From positions 210,864,001 through 210,928,000 of the forward strand of contig NC_058368.1 in the NCBI RefSeq assembly GCF_018350175.1: a DNA stretch of 64,000 bases. Reading direction: 5' to 3'. Positions 12,272 through 23,885 of this stretch are shown in pieces (positions within the stretch are counted from its first letter, which is position 1; each line of letters begins with the position of its first letter). The notes under the pieces were generated by a model. That model was not told the DNA's origin. It saw nothing but the letters and a program-made list of their open reading frames with translations, and ran no database searches. The DNA is from Felis catus. Taxonomy: Eukaryota. The position numbers were made by a program, and so were the translations under genes.

Positions 12272-12503
12272 CTCAATCCCACTCAGTTCCACTCTTATCT
12301 TTGGCAGCTCTTATCAGTTTTCTTGTTAATTTCTTTGTCTACCACAATCACTTCTCTGACACCAAGTTCTAATGAGGTTCTTCTTGTTGCTTCCCTATAA
12401 CTGAATTACTGACAAGCCACCTGGTGTATACATCAGCATACCTTTTTATTGGCGCTATTTAATGAGCGCCATTACTCATCCTAACAGGAGAGGCCAGGTT
12501 GTG

Positions 12504-12548
12504 AAAAACAAACAAACAAACAAACAAACAAACAAACAAACAAAAAAA
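12504..12548. repeat. (AAAC)n microsatellite
   Basis: Direct reading. Confidence 0.95.
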
Positions 12549-12887
12549 CCCTCCTAACGACTTCCCATGCTGGGAGAGTTTGATTCAGCAAGTCTGTTAC
12601 AAAACTCAGGAATCTGGATTTCTTAATTCTCTTTAGTGACTTCATTTATATCATGTTTTCTGATCATCTAAGTAAATCAGTGTGCAGGTTAGTATAAGAA
12701 CCTTCTCTTTAGAAGAGTGATATATACTACTCTTTAAAGAGACACTATATTTCTGCACCTTATGACTTCTAGTGCCCTGGACATGGTGATATTTATACCT
12801 TGTGTGTATGCGTGTGTGAGCACATGTGTGCATTTTCGAGTGTGTGTAATAATGCCTATTTACTTCCAAATATTTAGAGACATCTTG

Positions 12888-13113
12888 GGGTGCCTGGGTG
12901 GCTCAGTCGGTTGAGCATCCGACTTCAGCTCAGGTCATGATCTCACACTCCGTGAGTTTGAGGCCTGCATCGGGCTCTGTGCTGTCAGCTCAGAGCCTGG
13001 AGCCTGCTTCAGATTCTGTGTCTCCCTCTCTCTCTGTCCCTCCCCTGCTCATGCTCTGTCTCTCTCTGTCTCAAAAATAAATTAATAAAAGCATTAAAAA
13101 AAAAAGAATCTGT
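12888..13113 (+). mobile_element. Can-SINE
   Basis: Full head and tail; 21-bp TSD CAAATATTTAGAGACATCTTG at 12867-12887 and 13114-13134. Confidence 0.95.
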
Positions 13114-13197
13114 CAAATATTTAGAGACATCTTGATTTAGACTATTGGTAGAAATGAGAAAGCAAAAAGTAAGCCTCCTAATAAGTCAAAAACTTTA

Positions 13198-13396
13198 CAT
13201 TTGTTTATTTTTGATAGAGAGAGACAGAGCACAAGTGGGGGAGGGTCAGAGAGAGAAGGAGACACAGAATCCCAAGCAGGCTCCAGGCTCCGAGCTGTCA
13301 GCACAGAGTCCCACCCGGGGCTCGAACTCACAAACCGCGAGATCATGACCTGAGCTGAAGTCGGACCCTTAACCGACTGAGCCACCCAGGTGCCCC
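13198..13396 (-). mobile_element. Can-SINE
   Basis: Ends CCACCCAGGTGCCCC; TSD AATAAGTCAAAAACTTTA at 13180-13197 and 13397-13414. Confidence 0.95.
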
Positions 13397-13596
13397 AATA
13401 AGTCAAAAACTTTAAAATTATTTGAGAGCTGATTCAAATGACAAAGCTAGATTATTAAAGATAAAGCAAAAATAACAATGGAGTGATGAATTAGTCTAGA
13501 ATGTCGTAACTATCCACGTTCTTAATCTTTTTCACTTCCTTATACTCATGACATTTTATGGATTGCACGCATTTTTGAAGCTCTTATAATTCCTTT

Positions 13597-13830
13597 ATTT
13601 ATTTATTTTTATTTTTTTAATGTTTTACTTATTTTTCAGAGGGATACGGAGAGAGAGAGAAAGTGTGAGAGGGGGAGGAGCAGAGAGAGAGGGAGACACA
13701 GAATCTGAAGCCGGTTCCAGGCTCTGAGCTGTCAGCACAGAGTCCGACGTGGGGCTCCAACTCACCAACTGTGAGATCATGACCTGAGCCGAAATCAGAT
13801 GCTTAACCGACTGAGCCACCCAGGTGCCTC
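13597..13830 (-). mobile_element. Can-SINE
   Basis: Reverse consensus; TSD TAATTCCTTT at 13587-13596 and 13831-13840. Confidence 0.95.
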
Positions 13831-13894
13831 TAATTCCTTTTTTTAGATCAAAGTTGCCAGTCACTATAACAACAATGATAAGAATCATCAGAAT

Positions 13895-14100
13895 ACTAGC
13901 AACAGCTGACATCATTGAGCATCTGTTAAGTTCCAGGCACTATGGTAAGCGCTTTACATATAATTTTATCTAAATTCACAACTACCTTATCAGAGGGATA
14001 TTATTATTCTTTCCATTTTGCTGCAGAGGAAACTGAGGTACCACGCAGCTGAAAGGTGGCTGGGCTAGGTTGATCCCATGAAATCTTATTTCAAAACTTA
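13895..14100 (-). mobile_element. MIR SINE
   Basis: CATTGAGCATCTG...CCAGGCACTATGGTAAGCGCTTTACAT...CCATTTTGCTGCAGAGGAAACTGAGG. Confidence 0.8.
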
Positions 14101-15159
14101 ACACTTCTATTAAATGAATAAAACCATTTATATTTTAAAGAGATGGTATCTTAGAGCCTGAGTTTATTTGCAACTTTGCAAAGTTTTGTCTCCGGACCAG
14201 ACTTTTCTTAGTTCATGCATTATTTATACTTTGCTTTCCAAAGGAATTTGAGTTGGTTTACAAAAACAGACACACATACGCAAGAGGGAAACAAGCTAAG
14301 AACTAGGATATTTAACAACAGAAGGGAGTATGATTAGTTCCCACCAGAAGACACGGTTGAAATGAAGCGACTGTGATTCAAAACAAAGTCTTGGCAACTG
14401 AGACATAAGAGCGAACAGCATGAGTTTGCGGAATAACTTTCTATTTTATGAGTGTAGTGGGAAGACTTCTTGAGATATTAATCTTGAGAATGTTTCTTTT
14501 TTCTTACCCTTCCCAACCTTTTCCTTGTTGGTCTGAGACACTCCCCCTCCCATGGCTTTGAAGGGAAAAGTTGTTGTTGGATCGTAAATGCAAAGAGAAA
14601 AGCAAAATTATGTTCAGTAATCGTTTTAATTTCCATACCGGGTTTCTGAGAATCAAAAGGGAAGCCTTGCAGGAAAAATTTTGCCACTGAAATGACTAGA
14701 AAGAGAAGAGAATTGTGTCCCATCTCTGGGAGGTTGCACGAGGGCCGTTGTCTGGAAGGATGGGTATCATGAAGGAGGAGGCAAGAGATCTGACAGAGAA
14801 GGTCCTGCCTGCTGCAGCCTGGTGAGTGCTGAAGGGCTCCCCTCTGCTCCTGTACAGAGGAGCCGTGTCCCCTTTCAAAAAACTCTTTGGGCGAGTGCCT
14901 TCCCTCTATAGCCGCCTGCAAGTCTTCTATGGCCCATCCAACAGAAGGACCCCCTTCTGCTACTAGAGACTTGTCCCAAGAGAAAAACAGCTTTGCCAAC
15001 AGCCTGGGACACAAGGCAGAGTCCTTGATCCTTAGAGGGGGTGGGAATGGTGTGAGATTAAAAAACAAACAAACAAACAAAAAAACATAGCACAAAAACT
15101 AAAGGAAACAAGGAAACCAATCCTACACTATTACCAACATAGGAGGAATTTAGTGCTTG

Positions 15160-15325
15160 GGCTTGGGTGATGATCTCATGGTTCGTGGGTTTGAGCCCCA
15201 CATCAGGCTCTGTGCTGACAGCTCAGAGGCTGGAGCCTTCTTCAGATTCTGTGTCTCCCTCTGTCTCTGCCCCTCCCCTGCTCATGCTCTGTCTCTCTCT
15301 CTCAAAAATAAATAAACATTTTTTG
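15160..15325 (+). mobile_element. Can-SINE, 5'-truncated
   Basis: Starts near ATGATCTCATGGTTCGTGGG; CT tract and CAAAAATAAATAAACA tail. Confidence 0.9.
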
Positions 15326-16399
15326 AAAAGACATTGAATATTGCCATTAGTAATATGTCCTTTTATATTGCATTTTCACTTAATACATCTGTAGATATGT
15401 TTAGTTCTGGTAAAGTTTCTGATTATTATTTCATAGGTTTTGCTCTTCTTTATGAATAACCATTTTATTTTTCTTATATTTTCTTTCTCTCTATTCCATG
15501 ACTAGCCTCCATCCTGTCTTTGCATTTCAGGACAGCATCCCAACTCTATTTCAGCCTTTCACATCATGTGTTTTATCCCCTACAGTGTGGGTTTTAATTT
15601 CTTTATTATATGTCTAGTTTTTGGTAATCTTTCACTACTTTATTCTTCTCTTTCTTCATCTTGAACTGTTCCCTTCTTATTTTGGCCTGTTTTCTTCATA
15701 TGCCTTTCTCTTTCTGTTTTAAGAAGTCATACCAACTTTTATTTGATTAAAGTGCCTACGTCTGTTAAAATTTTCTTCTCAGATTATTTGTTTATGTATT
15801 CTCACCAATGTGCTTTGCTTTTCAGTCTTCAGAAAGCTTTGTGTTTTCCTTTTTCTCCTCCACCAGACCAAGGATGTGGATTTTTCTTGCTTTGCTTGCT
15901 TTCAGCTTTTGTGCTGGTCAAAATCCATTCTCAGATTTGTATCTGGAGGCCAAGATGCCAAGACAAGTCCCAGTCCAACTACCAAGTTTGGGCAGATGAT
16001 CATTTTTCTCCAGTTTTGTCCTATTGTCTTTCTTCTTCCACAAATGATTATTTGATATTCTGAACAATTGAAATTGAAGAAACACTATTCAGAGTTACTA
16101 GATGTTCTTCCTGTCTTTACCCTAATGCATGAGCTTCTACACCTGGAGAGCACATTAAATTTGGAATTGCAGCATTTAAATGCACATCGAAAGGATGAGG
16201 GTGGGAGCAAGACACAATTCTCTCTCTGTCTTTTGAAAACCAAAACATTTGAGGAACAGAAACCAACCCCAGCCTAGTCATCTGGTTAAAACCAGTTGGT
16301 GACCTGATTCTAAGGGCACATAGTGGGAGATGTTAAAAAAAGTTCTTCCCTGTTTTTATCCTAGGTAACCTATAGTTCAAGAAGAAAAACTGGACATAC

Positions 16400-16750
16400 C
16401 ATTTCCTTCTGGACGCTCTAGGGAAGAATCCATTCCGGTGCCTTCTCCGGTTTCTAGAGGCCACCTGCCTTCCTTGACCCCTGACTCTTCATCTTTAAAG
16501 CACATCACTTCAACTTCTCCTTCCAATGTCACATCTCCTTTTCTGACTCTGATTCCCTTGTCTTCACTTCATAATGACTCTTACAATTATATTGGGCCCA
16601 CTTGAATAATCCAGGATAATCTCCCCATGTTGACCACTTTAATGTAATTACATCTGCAGAATCCCTTTTGCCAGGTAAAGTAACCTATTCACAGGTTCCA
16701 TGAGTTAGAACATGGACACCTTGGTGGGGACATTTTTCTTTCTGACCTCA
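16400..16750 (-). mobile_element. MaLR LTR fragment (MLT1D-like)
   Basis: CTTCTGGACGCTCTAGGGAAGAATCC; ATTGGGCCCACTTGAATAATCCAGGATAATCTCCCC; ATTCACAGGTTCC. Confidence 0.8.
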
Positions 16751-16836
16751 ACCCTTTTGCCCTTATTTTCTAGGTAAAATTATGCATAGAATATTATCAA
16801 ATATACCCTTCCCCAAAATCTCAGTGTTGGTATAAC

Positions 16837-17350
16837 TATATTAGCTCTCTGTTGCTGCATCATAAACTACTGCCAAAGTTAACAATTTATAACATTTATC
16901 ATCTCACAGTTCCAATGATCAGGAATCCAAGCATGGGTTAGCAGTGTGCCTATGACTGAGGGTCTTTCATAGGGTTGCAACCAAACTATCAGCTAGAGCT
17001 ATGCTCTCATCTGAAGGCTTGACTAAGATGGGGCTCCCTTCTAACCTTACCTCTGTGTTGTTGGCAGGCTCAGTCCCTTGTTTGAGGGCCTCTCCACAGG
17101 GATGCCTCAAGCATGGCAGCTGCCTTCTACAGGATGAGCAATCCAAGAGACAGCAAGAGAGAATGTGATCAAGGTGAAAGCCCACAGCCTTTTTCTAACC
17201 TTGTCTTAGAAATGATGTCACATCACTTTGCCATATTCTGTTTGTCAGAAGTGAGTTGCTACCTGCACCCCATATTCAAAAGGAGAGGGTAACACATGAC
17301 TAGTACAAGGTAGGGATTATTAGGAGCCATCTTAAATGCTGCCTACCACA
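16837..17350 (-). mobile_element. MaLR LTR (MLT1F/G-like)
   Basis: TTTATCATCTCACAGTTCC...CAGGAATCCAAGCATGG; ends GGAGCCATCTTAAATGCTGCCTACCACA. Confidence 0.8.
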
Positions 17351-18742
17351 GACACCCTAATACATTCAACTGTGTGGACTTTCAATGTCATAATTACACA
17401 AATCTTTCTCTTCCTCTATTTCCACTTTAGCATCCCCTAATTTCAGATATTAAATAGTAATTCCAGAGTATTTTGAAATATTCTAAGTGAAGGAATTTCT
17501 TGACAGTCTGTGCAATTATTTCATTTGTGAAGAAGAAAAAAATGGCCTCATTATGGGCTTCAGTTTTATTTTGACAATGTTTTTTTTCTATTGACAATAA
17601 AAGCTGGAGAAAAATAGAACAATTAAAATTATTACCCCAAATTGAAATAGTCTAGTGGATATGTTCAGATAATAGATAAATAAAAGTCAAATTGGGGGTG
17701 AAATATCCTTCTAACCTTAAACCACTGAAGTCCTATCCAATAAAAGACCATCGCCTTTCTGTCCCACAGTTGAATTAACTATTTACTTATTTCAAATAAC
17801 GGATGATATGTAATACACATTTCTCCCATCTCTTATTATTTCTCTCTCTTTTTGAATAAAGCTACTCAACATAGGGATAATTTTTATCACTACAGGAATG
17901 ATCTAAATTTCAACATACATTTTTTTTCAGTGCATTAATGAGAGTTTTGATTTGAGGAATTTCTGTGCTCATCCACCAAAGCAAAGTTGTCAGTAATAAT
18001 TAATTGTTTATTCAATTTTAGTTTTACTATGTTGTTGGCACCTCATTTCAGAAAATATAATCCTGGCATTTAAAGTCAGTACATATTGTGTGTTTACATA
18101 TCATTTTTTCCATTATTAAGGAAACAATAAAAAAGATACAATAGGAAAAAAAAAGACAGGTGTTGGGAGTTTGAGGCTAGAAGGCATAAAATATTAAACA
18201 CGCTCACCCAGTTGAAGTCAAGGTGTGAAATATGGAGAGGTTAAAGGGAGTAAAAGACAACCTAGTAATTGTAACCATTCTTAAATATAAATGTAAGTAC
18301 AACAAATTTTATATTAGAGGTGTTGGTTAGAGGTTGAGGAGAATTCTATGTTTTAAATTCAAGAAAAAAACTACTTAAATAGAGGCATTTAAAATTGTTA
18401 AGAGAGACAGGGGAAAGGTTATGCATTTGTATTATGTATTTAAAAACTTTTGCAGGTTTTCTTTTAAAATGAAACGTTTATTCTGTTCCTATATTCTGTC
18501 TGTTATTTGCATCTCTTTTTGAATAATTCAGGCCACACTTAAACACCTCCAGGCACATAGCAGTATGTTCCTTAGGAGAAAGTGACTGTGTAATAATATT
18601 GCTTCTATATAATCAGTTTACCCTGTAACATCAATCAGTAAGTTCTAGTTGCATTATTGGGTCATAAATATTCCTTTCTAGAGAATGGACTCTTATGACC
18701 TAATTTGAGTTAGGTGTTCTATCTTTGACTAATCTCCTGTGG

Positions 18743-18745
<3 letters not shown>

Positions 18746-18784
<39 letters not shown>
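18746..18784. repeat. (TG)n microsatellite
   Basis: Direct reading. Confidence 0.95.
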
Positions 18785-18786
<2 letters not shown>

Positions 18787-19209
18787 GGGACTGTCACGCC
18801 ATATTAAAATGAACACCATCAACCACATAAATGAAGTGAGGAGAGGAAATTGAAAGGGTTGATCTCTAAAAAAAAGGGGGGAGGGGAGGGAGTCTCAGAA
18901 CTCAGAACAAAAGGAATGTGAAGTAAAGAAAGCCAGATTTTCCAGAATAGCATAATACCTTTAAAATATCTGAAGATAATTATGAGTTTTCCTATAAATC
19001 TTCCCTTTCCTAATTTTTGTATCATGAGCTTTTTAAAAACATCTTCGTAGGATTTTGAACCCCCATCTTTCTTAATTTTTCTAAACTCTAAGGCATACCT
19101 TTCACTGGCTTGAACTGTGAGATGAATGTTTCCTTCCAGGCCCCACCATTTCTCCTTTGGTAAGTGAAGAAATTATTCCTATGGACAAGACCTGCTTTAT
19201 GTCATTATA

Positions 19210-19585
19210 CAGAGTCCTATGCTCAGAAATGGCCCACATTTTTCAAGTATTCTGCTGTCACCATCTTTTTTTTTATTATTTAAAAAAACTATTTTTTAAT
19301 GTTTATTTATTTTTGAGAGAGACAGAGTGCAAGTGGGGGAAGGGCAGAGAGAGAGGGAGACAGAATCCGAAGCAGGCTCCAGACTCCAGCTGTCATCAGG
19401 GCCCAACGCAGGGCTCAAACTCATGCACAACGAGATGATGAACTGAGCTGAAAGAGGGAGCTTAACCGCCTGAGCCACCCAGCTGCCCTTCTTCTGTCAC
19501 TGTCTTGAAATTCTTAATAAGTTTTGAACAAAAGGCCCACATTTTCATTTTGCATGGGGCTCTGATAATTGTGTAGTTCTTCCTG
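19210..19585. mobile_element. MER91-like hAT relic interrupted by a Can-SINE
   Basis: TCTTGAAATTCTTAATAAGTTTTGAACAAAAGGCCCACATTTTCATTTTGCATGGGGCTCTG resembles recalled MER91. Confidence 0.55.
19268..19489 (-). mobile_element. Can-SINE
   Basis: Reverse consensus; degenerate TSD TCTGCTGTCACCATCTT (19251-19267) and TCTTCTGTCACTGTCTT (19490-19506). Confidence 0.9.
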
Positions 19586-20359
19586 CATTCATAATGGAAA
19601 ATCACCTATTTGCTGTCCCTATTTCCTAGGAGATAAAGTTGACTACAAGGCAAGTTAGGAGATTTTTAGGTTTTTTTCACTTACCAATACTTCCAGAGAT
19701 GTACATTATGTTTAACAACTTACTCCCATAATCATGCTTCGGAGTTTTTGATCAAAATCCAACTCCAAAACATTTCCCTTAAAAAAATCAAAACTGTTTC
19801 CAACAAAAGAATAATATATTTTTATTGCAAAAAAATGGAAATTACAAACAAGACATTTCTACAATTCATAAACAAGGAGCTTTAATATTTTATTAGACTT
19901 TCTAATGATTTGGTTTTCAACACAATTATGATGAGTCAGCATCTACCAACTTTGAAAATTAATAATTTAAATGGTATTTTATTATAAAAATATATATTCT
20001 CAACTTTTAATAAATGGATCCAGGAAAGTCATAAAAATATATATTTTTAAAGTTGAAAAAAAAACAATGAATCCTCCACTCGGAAATAGCAACTCTGATA
20101 ATTTTGAATATTTTTCCTAGACTGTTTTTATCTCTGCATATTTTTCATGATGAAATTGTACTGTATAACTAATTTCTAGTCAAATAAGTATTCACAAATA
20201 ACAAATCAGAAAAACATCTGAGCGGGGCTCAGTAACAGATTTCACTCCTCCACCCTTCAATCTCACCCTTCAAGATTCAGTTTCCTAATTGCCGCTGCTA
20301 TTCTCTTTGCACTCTTACTTACACACTCCTGATTCACCCTTTGAACCACATGATGTCTC

Positions 20360-20705
20360 CATTGGCATCTATGGGGTTGAGGCCAGGGATGCTGCTAAGC
20401 ATTTTACAATGCACAAGAAAGTCCACTCCTCCCCCCACAATCCAGGGGCGCCAGAGTGGCTCAATCAGTTAAAAGTCCAGCTCTTGGTTTCGACTCAGGA
20501 CATGATCCCACGGTACGTGGGTTCGACTCCTGCGTGGGGTTCCGTGCTGGCAGTGTGGAGGCTACTTGGGATTCTCTCTCCTTGCCCATCCTCCGCTCAT
20601 GAGCATGCTCAGTCTCAAAGATAAATACATAAACTTAAAAAAATAATAAAGTAATGTTTTTAAAGCCAACCAATATGCTAGTAGTGCTGAAACTGAAAAA
20701 ACTAG
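20360..20705. mobile_element. MER20 (hAT-Charlie) fragment interrupted by a SINE
   Basis: TGGCATCTATGGGGTTGAGGCCAGGGATGCTGCTAAGCATTTTACAATGCACAAG ... TAGTGCTGAAACTGAAAAAC. Confidence 0.75.
20445..20650 (+). mobile_element. Can-SINE (older subfamily)
   Basis: GGGGCGCCAGAGTGGCTCAATCAGTTAA head; A-rich tail. Confidence 0.9.
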
Positions 20706-21025
20706 TTTAAATAATTCTGGATTTACCACCCGATGCAATTAGAAAGGAAAAAGAAATGAGAGGTATAGGGGCACCTGGGTGGTTCAGTCGGTTAAGCCTC
20801 TGACTCTTGGTTTCAGCTCAGGCCCTGATCTCACAGTTTGTGGGTTCAAGCCTCATATCTGCTCTGGCAGCATGGAGCCTACTTGGGATTCTCCCTCCCT
20901 CTCTCTCTGCCCCTTCTCTGCTCTGTCTCTCAAAATAAATAAATAAACATTTTTTTTAATGAGAGATATAAATATTGGAAGGAAGACACACTTATTTTTG
21001 CAGAAGATACGATTATGCACTAGTG
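20705..21025 (+). mobile_element. L1 ORF2 reverse-transcriptase fragment (degenerate)
   Basis: With the SINE removed it reads like AIRKEKEMRGINIG...LFLQKI, compare L1 RT AIRQEKEIKGIQIG...LFADDMI. Confidence 0.65.
20768..20957 (+). mobile_element. Can-SINE
   Basis: TSD AATGAGAG(G/A)TATA at 20755-20767 and 20958-20970. Confidence 0.93.
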
Positions 21026-21199
21026 CACCAAAGGAAGCCGTTTAGAACACTATTGATTGATTATAACATGTAACAGAAAAAGAAAGTGTACTAAAAATAC
21101 AAAAAAGTAATGTGCATTACAACTTGTGATATTTTAAGGTGTCAACCACAAACCAAATGTGTACAAATGAGCAAATGTTAGCATTTATTTTTTGTAACT

Positions 21200-22530
21200 T
21201 GTTATTTTTTGCAGTCATTTTAATTTTTAATCAAATCTACTTTTTTGTCAACAAATGTGGTCTGGAGTTAAGTTTTCTGCAGGAATATGCTCTGATGTTT
21301 CAGAGGAAAACATTCTGAAGTAGTTACCCAGATTAAGAATCTGGCTTGTAAATCAATAACACTTCTTCCTTCACTGAGAAAGTCTGCTATGAAAAATAAC
21401 AGCTGACTAAATAGCGTGCTCACTGATGCTGTAAAAATTGTGAATTACTTAAAGGCTAATGCATTAACTTTGACAACATTCTCTTTATTCTTTTACTGTA
21501 TGAGTTGATCATAACATGTGCCATTGCATGGTGACATAAAGGGTGGGTTCTTCAGGAAAAAAAAATCTGTTGAGAATATTTGAGCTATGGAAAAATCTCT
21601 TTGTGTTTTTGGTCCCAACATTTTAAAGACACAGAATGGACATCCAGACTTACTTTTCTCTAATATCCTCTGTATTTTAATAACTTTAATGCTTCCATGC
21701 AAGAAAAGGATGCAACATGTTTTATGATGACGGTTAAAAGAGCAAAAAATGAAAGTAAAAAATTTGGAAGAATGGTTTCTACATACCACTGTGACATTTT
21801 TCATAATTTAACCATAATTAACCATGAAGTAGGTGATGATCTCAGTATTGCACACTTGCAAAAAGCAATCACTGAAAATTTCCAGAGTTGATAGGATGCT
21901 TTGAATGTTATTTTCTGTCAAAAGTTCATTCTAGGAAATTTATTAGTTTTGAATCCACTTCTTTTAATCAGAAGATATTACAAATTTGTAACCTTTTTTT
22001 TTTTAATTTTTTTTTCAATGTTTACTTCTTTTTTGGGACAGAGAGAGACAGAGCATTAACGGGGGAGGGGCAGAGAGAGAGGGAGACACAGAATCGGAAA
22101 CAGGCTCCAGGCTCTGAGCCATCAGCCCAGAGCCCAACGCGGGGGCTCGAACTCACGGACCGCGAGATCGTGACCTGGCTGAAGTCGGACGCTTAACCGA
22201 CTGCGTCACCCAGGCGCCCACAAATTTGTAACCTTTAAGGTAAGCTGTTGGAATTGAATATCAATGAAAATTGAAGATGGATTTTGAAAATACAGCTTTA
22301 TTTTGAGAAAAAAAAGTTACAAATGATTATTGAGAACTTGATGACATTGCTTTAACTTCTCATTGCCATTCCCATGAACATACTTCTGAAACACAAGTTG
22401 CTCTTGTATGAGTGTTGTTAAAATAGTTTAGACATCTTTGCCCCATGGTGAGTGGTGTTGTCAGTCCAACCTCAAGAAGACATGCAAAACACAAGTTTGC
22501 TGGTTAAATTCAAAACCTTAAATATTGATA
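21200..22530 (+). mobile_element. hAT-Charlie (Charlie1/Buster-like) transposase relic, frameshifted
   Basis: Degenerate peptides CGLEL.F..GICSD, EVVTQIKNLA, LNSVLTDAVKIVNYLKANALT and C-terminal IAL..LPFP.TY..ET..S.MSVVK, typical of Charlie/ZBED5-family transposases. Confidence 0.8.
21995..22219 (-). mobile_element. Young felid Can-SINE (SINEC_Fc-type)
   Basis: CpG-rich consensus (CACGGACCGCGAGATCGTGACCTGGCTG); perfect TSD ACAAATTTGTAACCT at 21980-21994 and 22220-22234. Confidence 0.96.
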
Positions 22531-22619
22531 GATATGGTCATTCAAAATATATGTATAGGTATTTGCTATTAGAAATAAACTGTGGTGAAGGACTAGATTT
22601 TTTACAATGAAGCACTGAT

Positions 22620-23151
22620 CCAAAAAGATGAAAAAAATAAGAAAGTTAACAAAGAGACTTTGCCTCTAAACGTGCTAGGTCCAAGTGGTTGTTAGATGAG
22701 TTCTTTCAAACTCATGAAGAATAGAGGATGTAATATTTAAATAGTTCCAGAGCATAGAGAGAAAGGAATGACCCAATTCCTTAGAAGGATCATCATAATA
22801 AGATCATCATACTAAGATCATAACAGCCCTGATGTGAAAACAAAGAAGAAAAAATAGAAAATTACATTTAAAAAATTCATATAAAATAAATTCACATGAT
22901 ATGTTTCTAAGCACATATTAAAACAACTCCAGAATAAAATGATAATTCAATAATAGAAAAACTACTCATTTAAATAATACAATTCATGCACCATATTAAT
23001 AGGCCAAAGGAGAAAAAAAGCATAAGGATTATAGTAGATAGATGCCATATAGTCATTTGACAATGTTGAGCATCCATTGTTGATGTTTAAAGATAGGAAA
23101 TGGAAATAAATGGATACTTTTTGATATACATATATTAACAGGAAAGCCAGA

Positions 23152-23199
<48 letters not shown>

Positions 23200-23310
23200 T
23201 CAGGCTGAAAGTCAGCATCATGCTGAATGATGAAATGCTAGAGCTATTCTCCTAAACTAGGAACAAATCAAGATCTCCTATCACCATTATTGTTTAATGT
23301 CATTTCCATA
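22620..23310 (+). mobile_element. Old L1 ORF2 fragment
   Basis: CTAGGTCCAAGTGGTTG...GAGTTCTTTCAAACT (GPDGF..EFYQT-like) through CCTATCACCATTATTGTTTAAT (LSPLLFN). Confidence 0.75.
23152..23196. repeat. (AC)n microsatellite
   Basis: Direct reading. Confidence 0.95.
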
Positions 23311-23885
23311 AATCTCTCTTGGAGAGATTTGAAGCTCTAATATAGATGTGAGTGTGGCAAATTGAATAATGGGTCCCTAAAGATCTTCTTGGGAGCTGTG
23401 AAGATGCTTTATTATTATATGGCAAAAGGGAATTTGCAGATGTGATTAAGGTAACAGAGCCTAAATGGGGTGATTATCCTGGATTATAGATGAGCTTAAT
23501 CTAATCATGTGATCTCTCAAAAGCACAGAACAGAAGTTGGAGATTTCCAGTGTGAGAAGGATTTGACATACTGCTGCTGGCTCTGAGTTGGAGGGGCTTG
23601 CATGCAAGGGCCTGAAAGAGACCCCTATGTGCTAAGAGTGACTCCCAAATGACAGCCAGCAAGGAGACAGGGAACTCTAACTGCAGGGAGCTGGAGTCCA
23701 CTGACAATGAGCTGGGAAGCAGACGCTCCCAGAGCCTCTCCCCAAGAACCCCGTGAGACAATACCCTGATTTCATCTTTGTGAAACCCATAAAGGAGAAA
23801 CCAACCCAAACTCCTGACCCACAAAACTGAGATAACACACTTGTGTTGCTTTAAGCTGCTAAATTTGTGTAACTTGCTACATCAA

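Noticed and set aside
14478..15095. Longest ORF (205 aa, minus) and a plus-strand CCTG|GTGAGT donor near 14821
   Set aside because: Starts in low-complexity (TTTG)n, no domain recognised, no supporting exon structure
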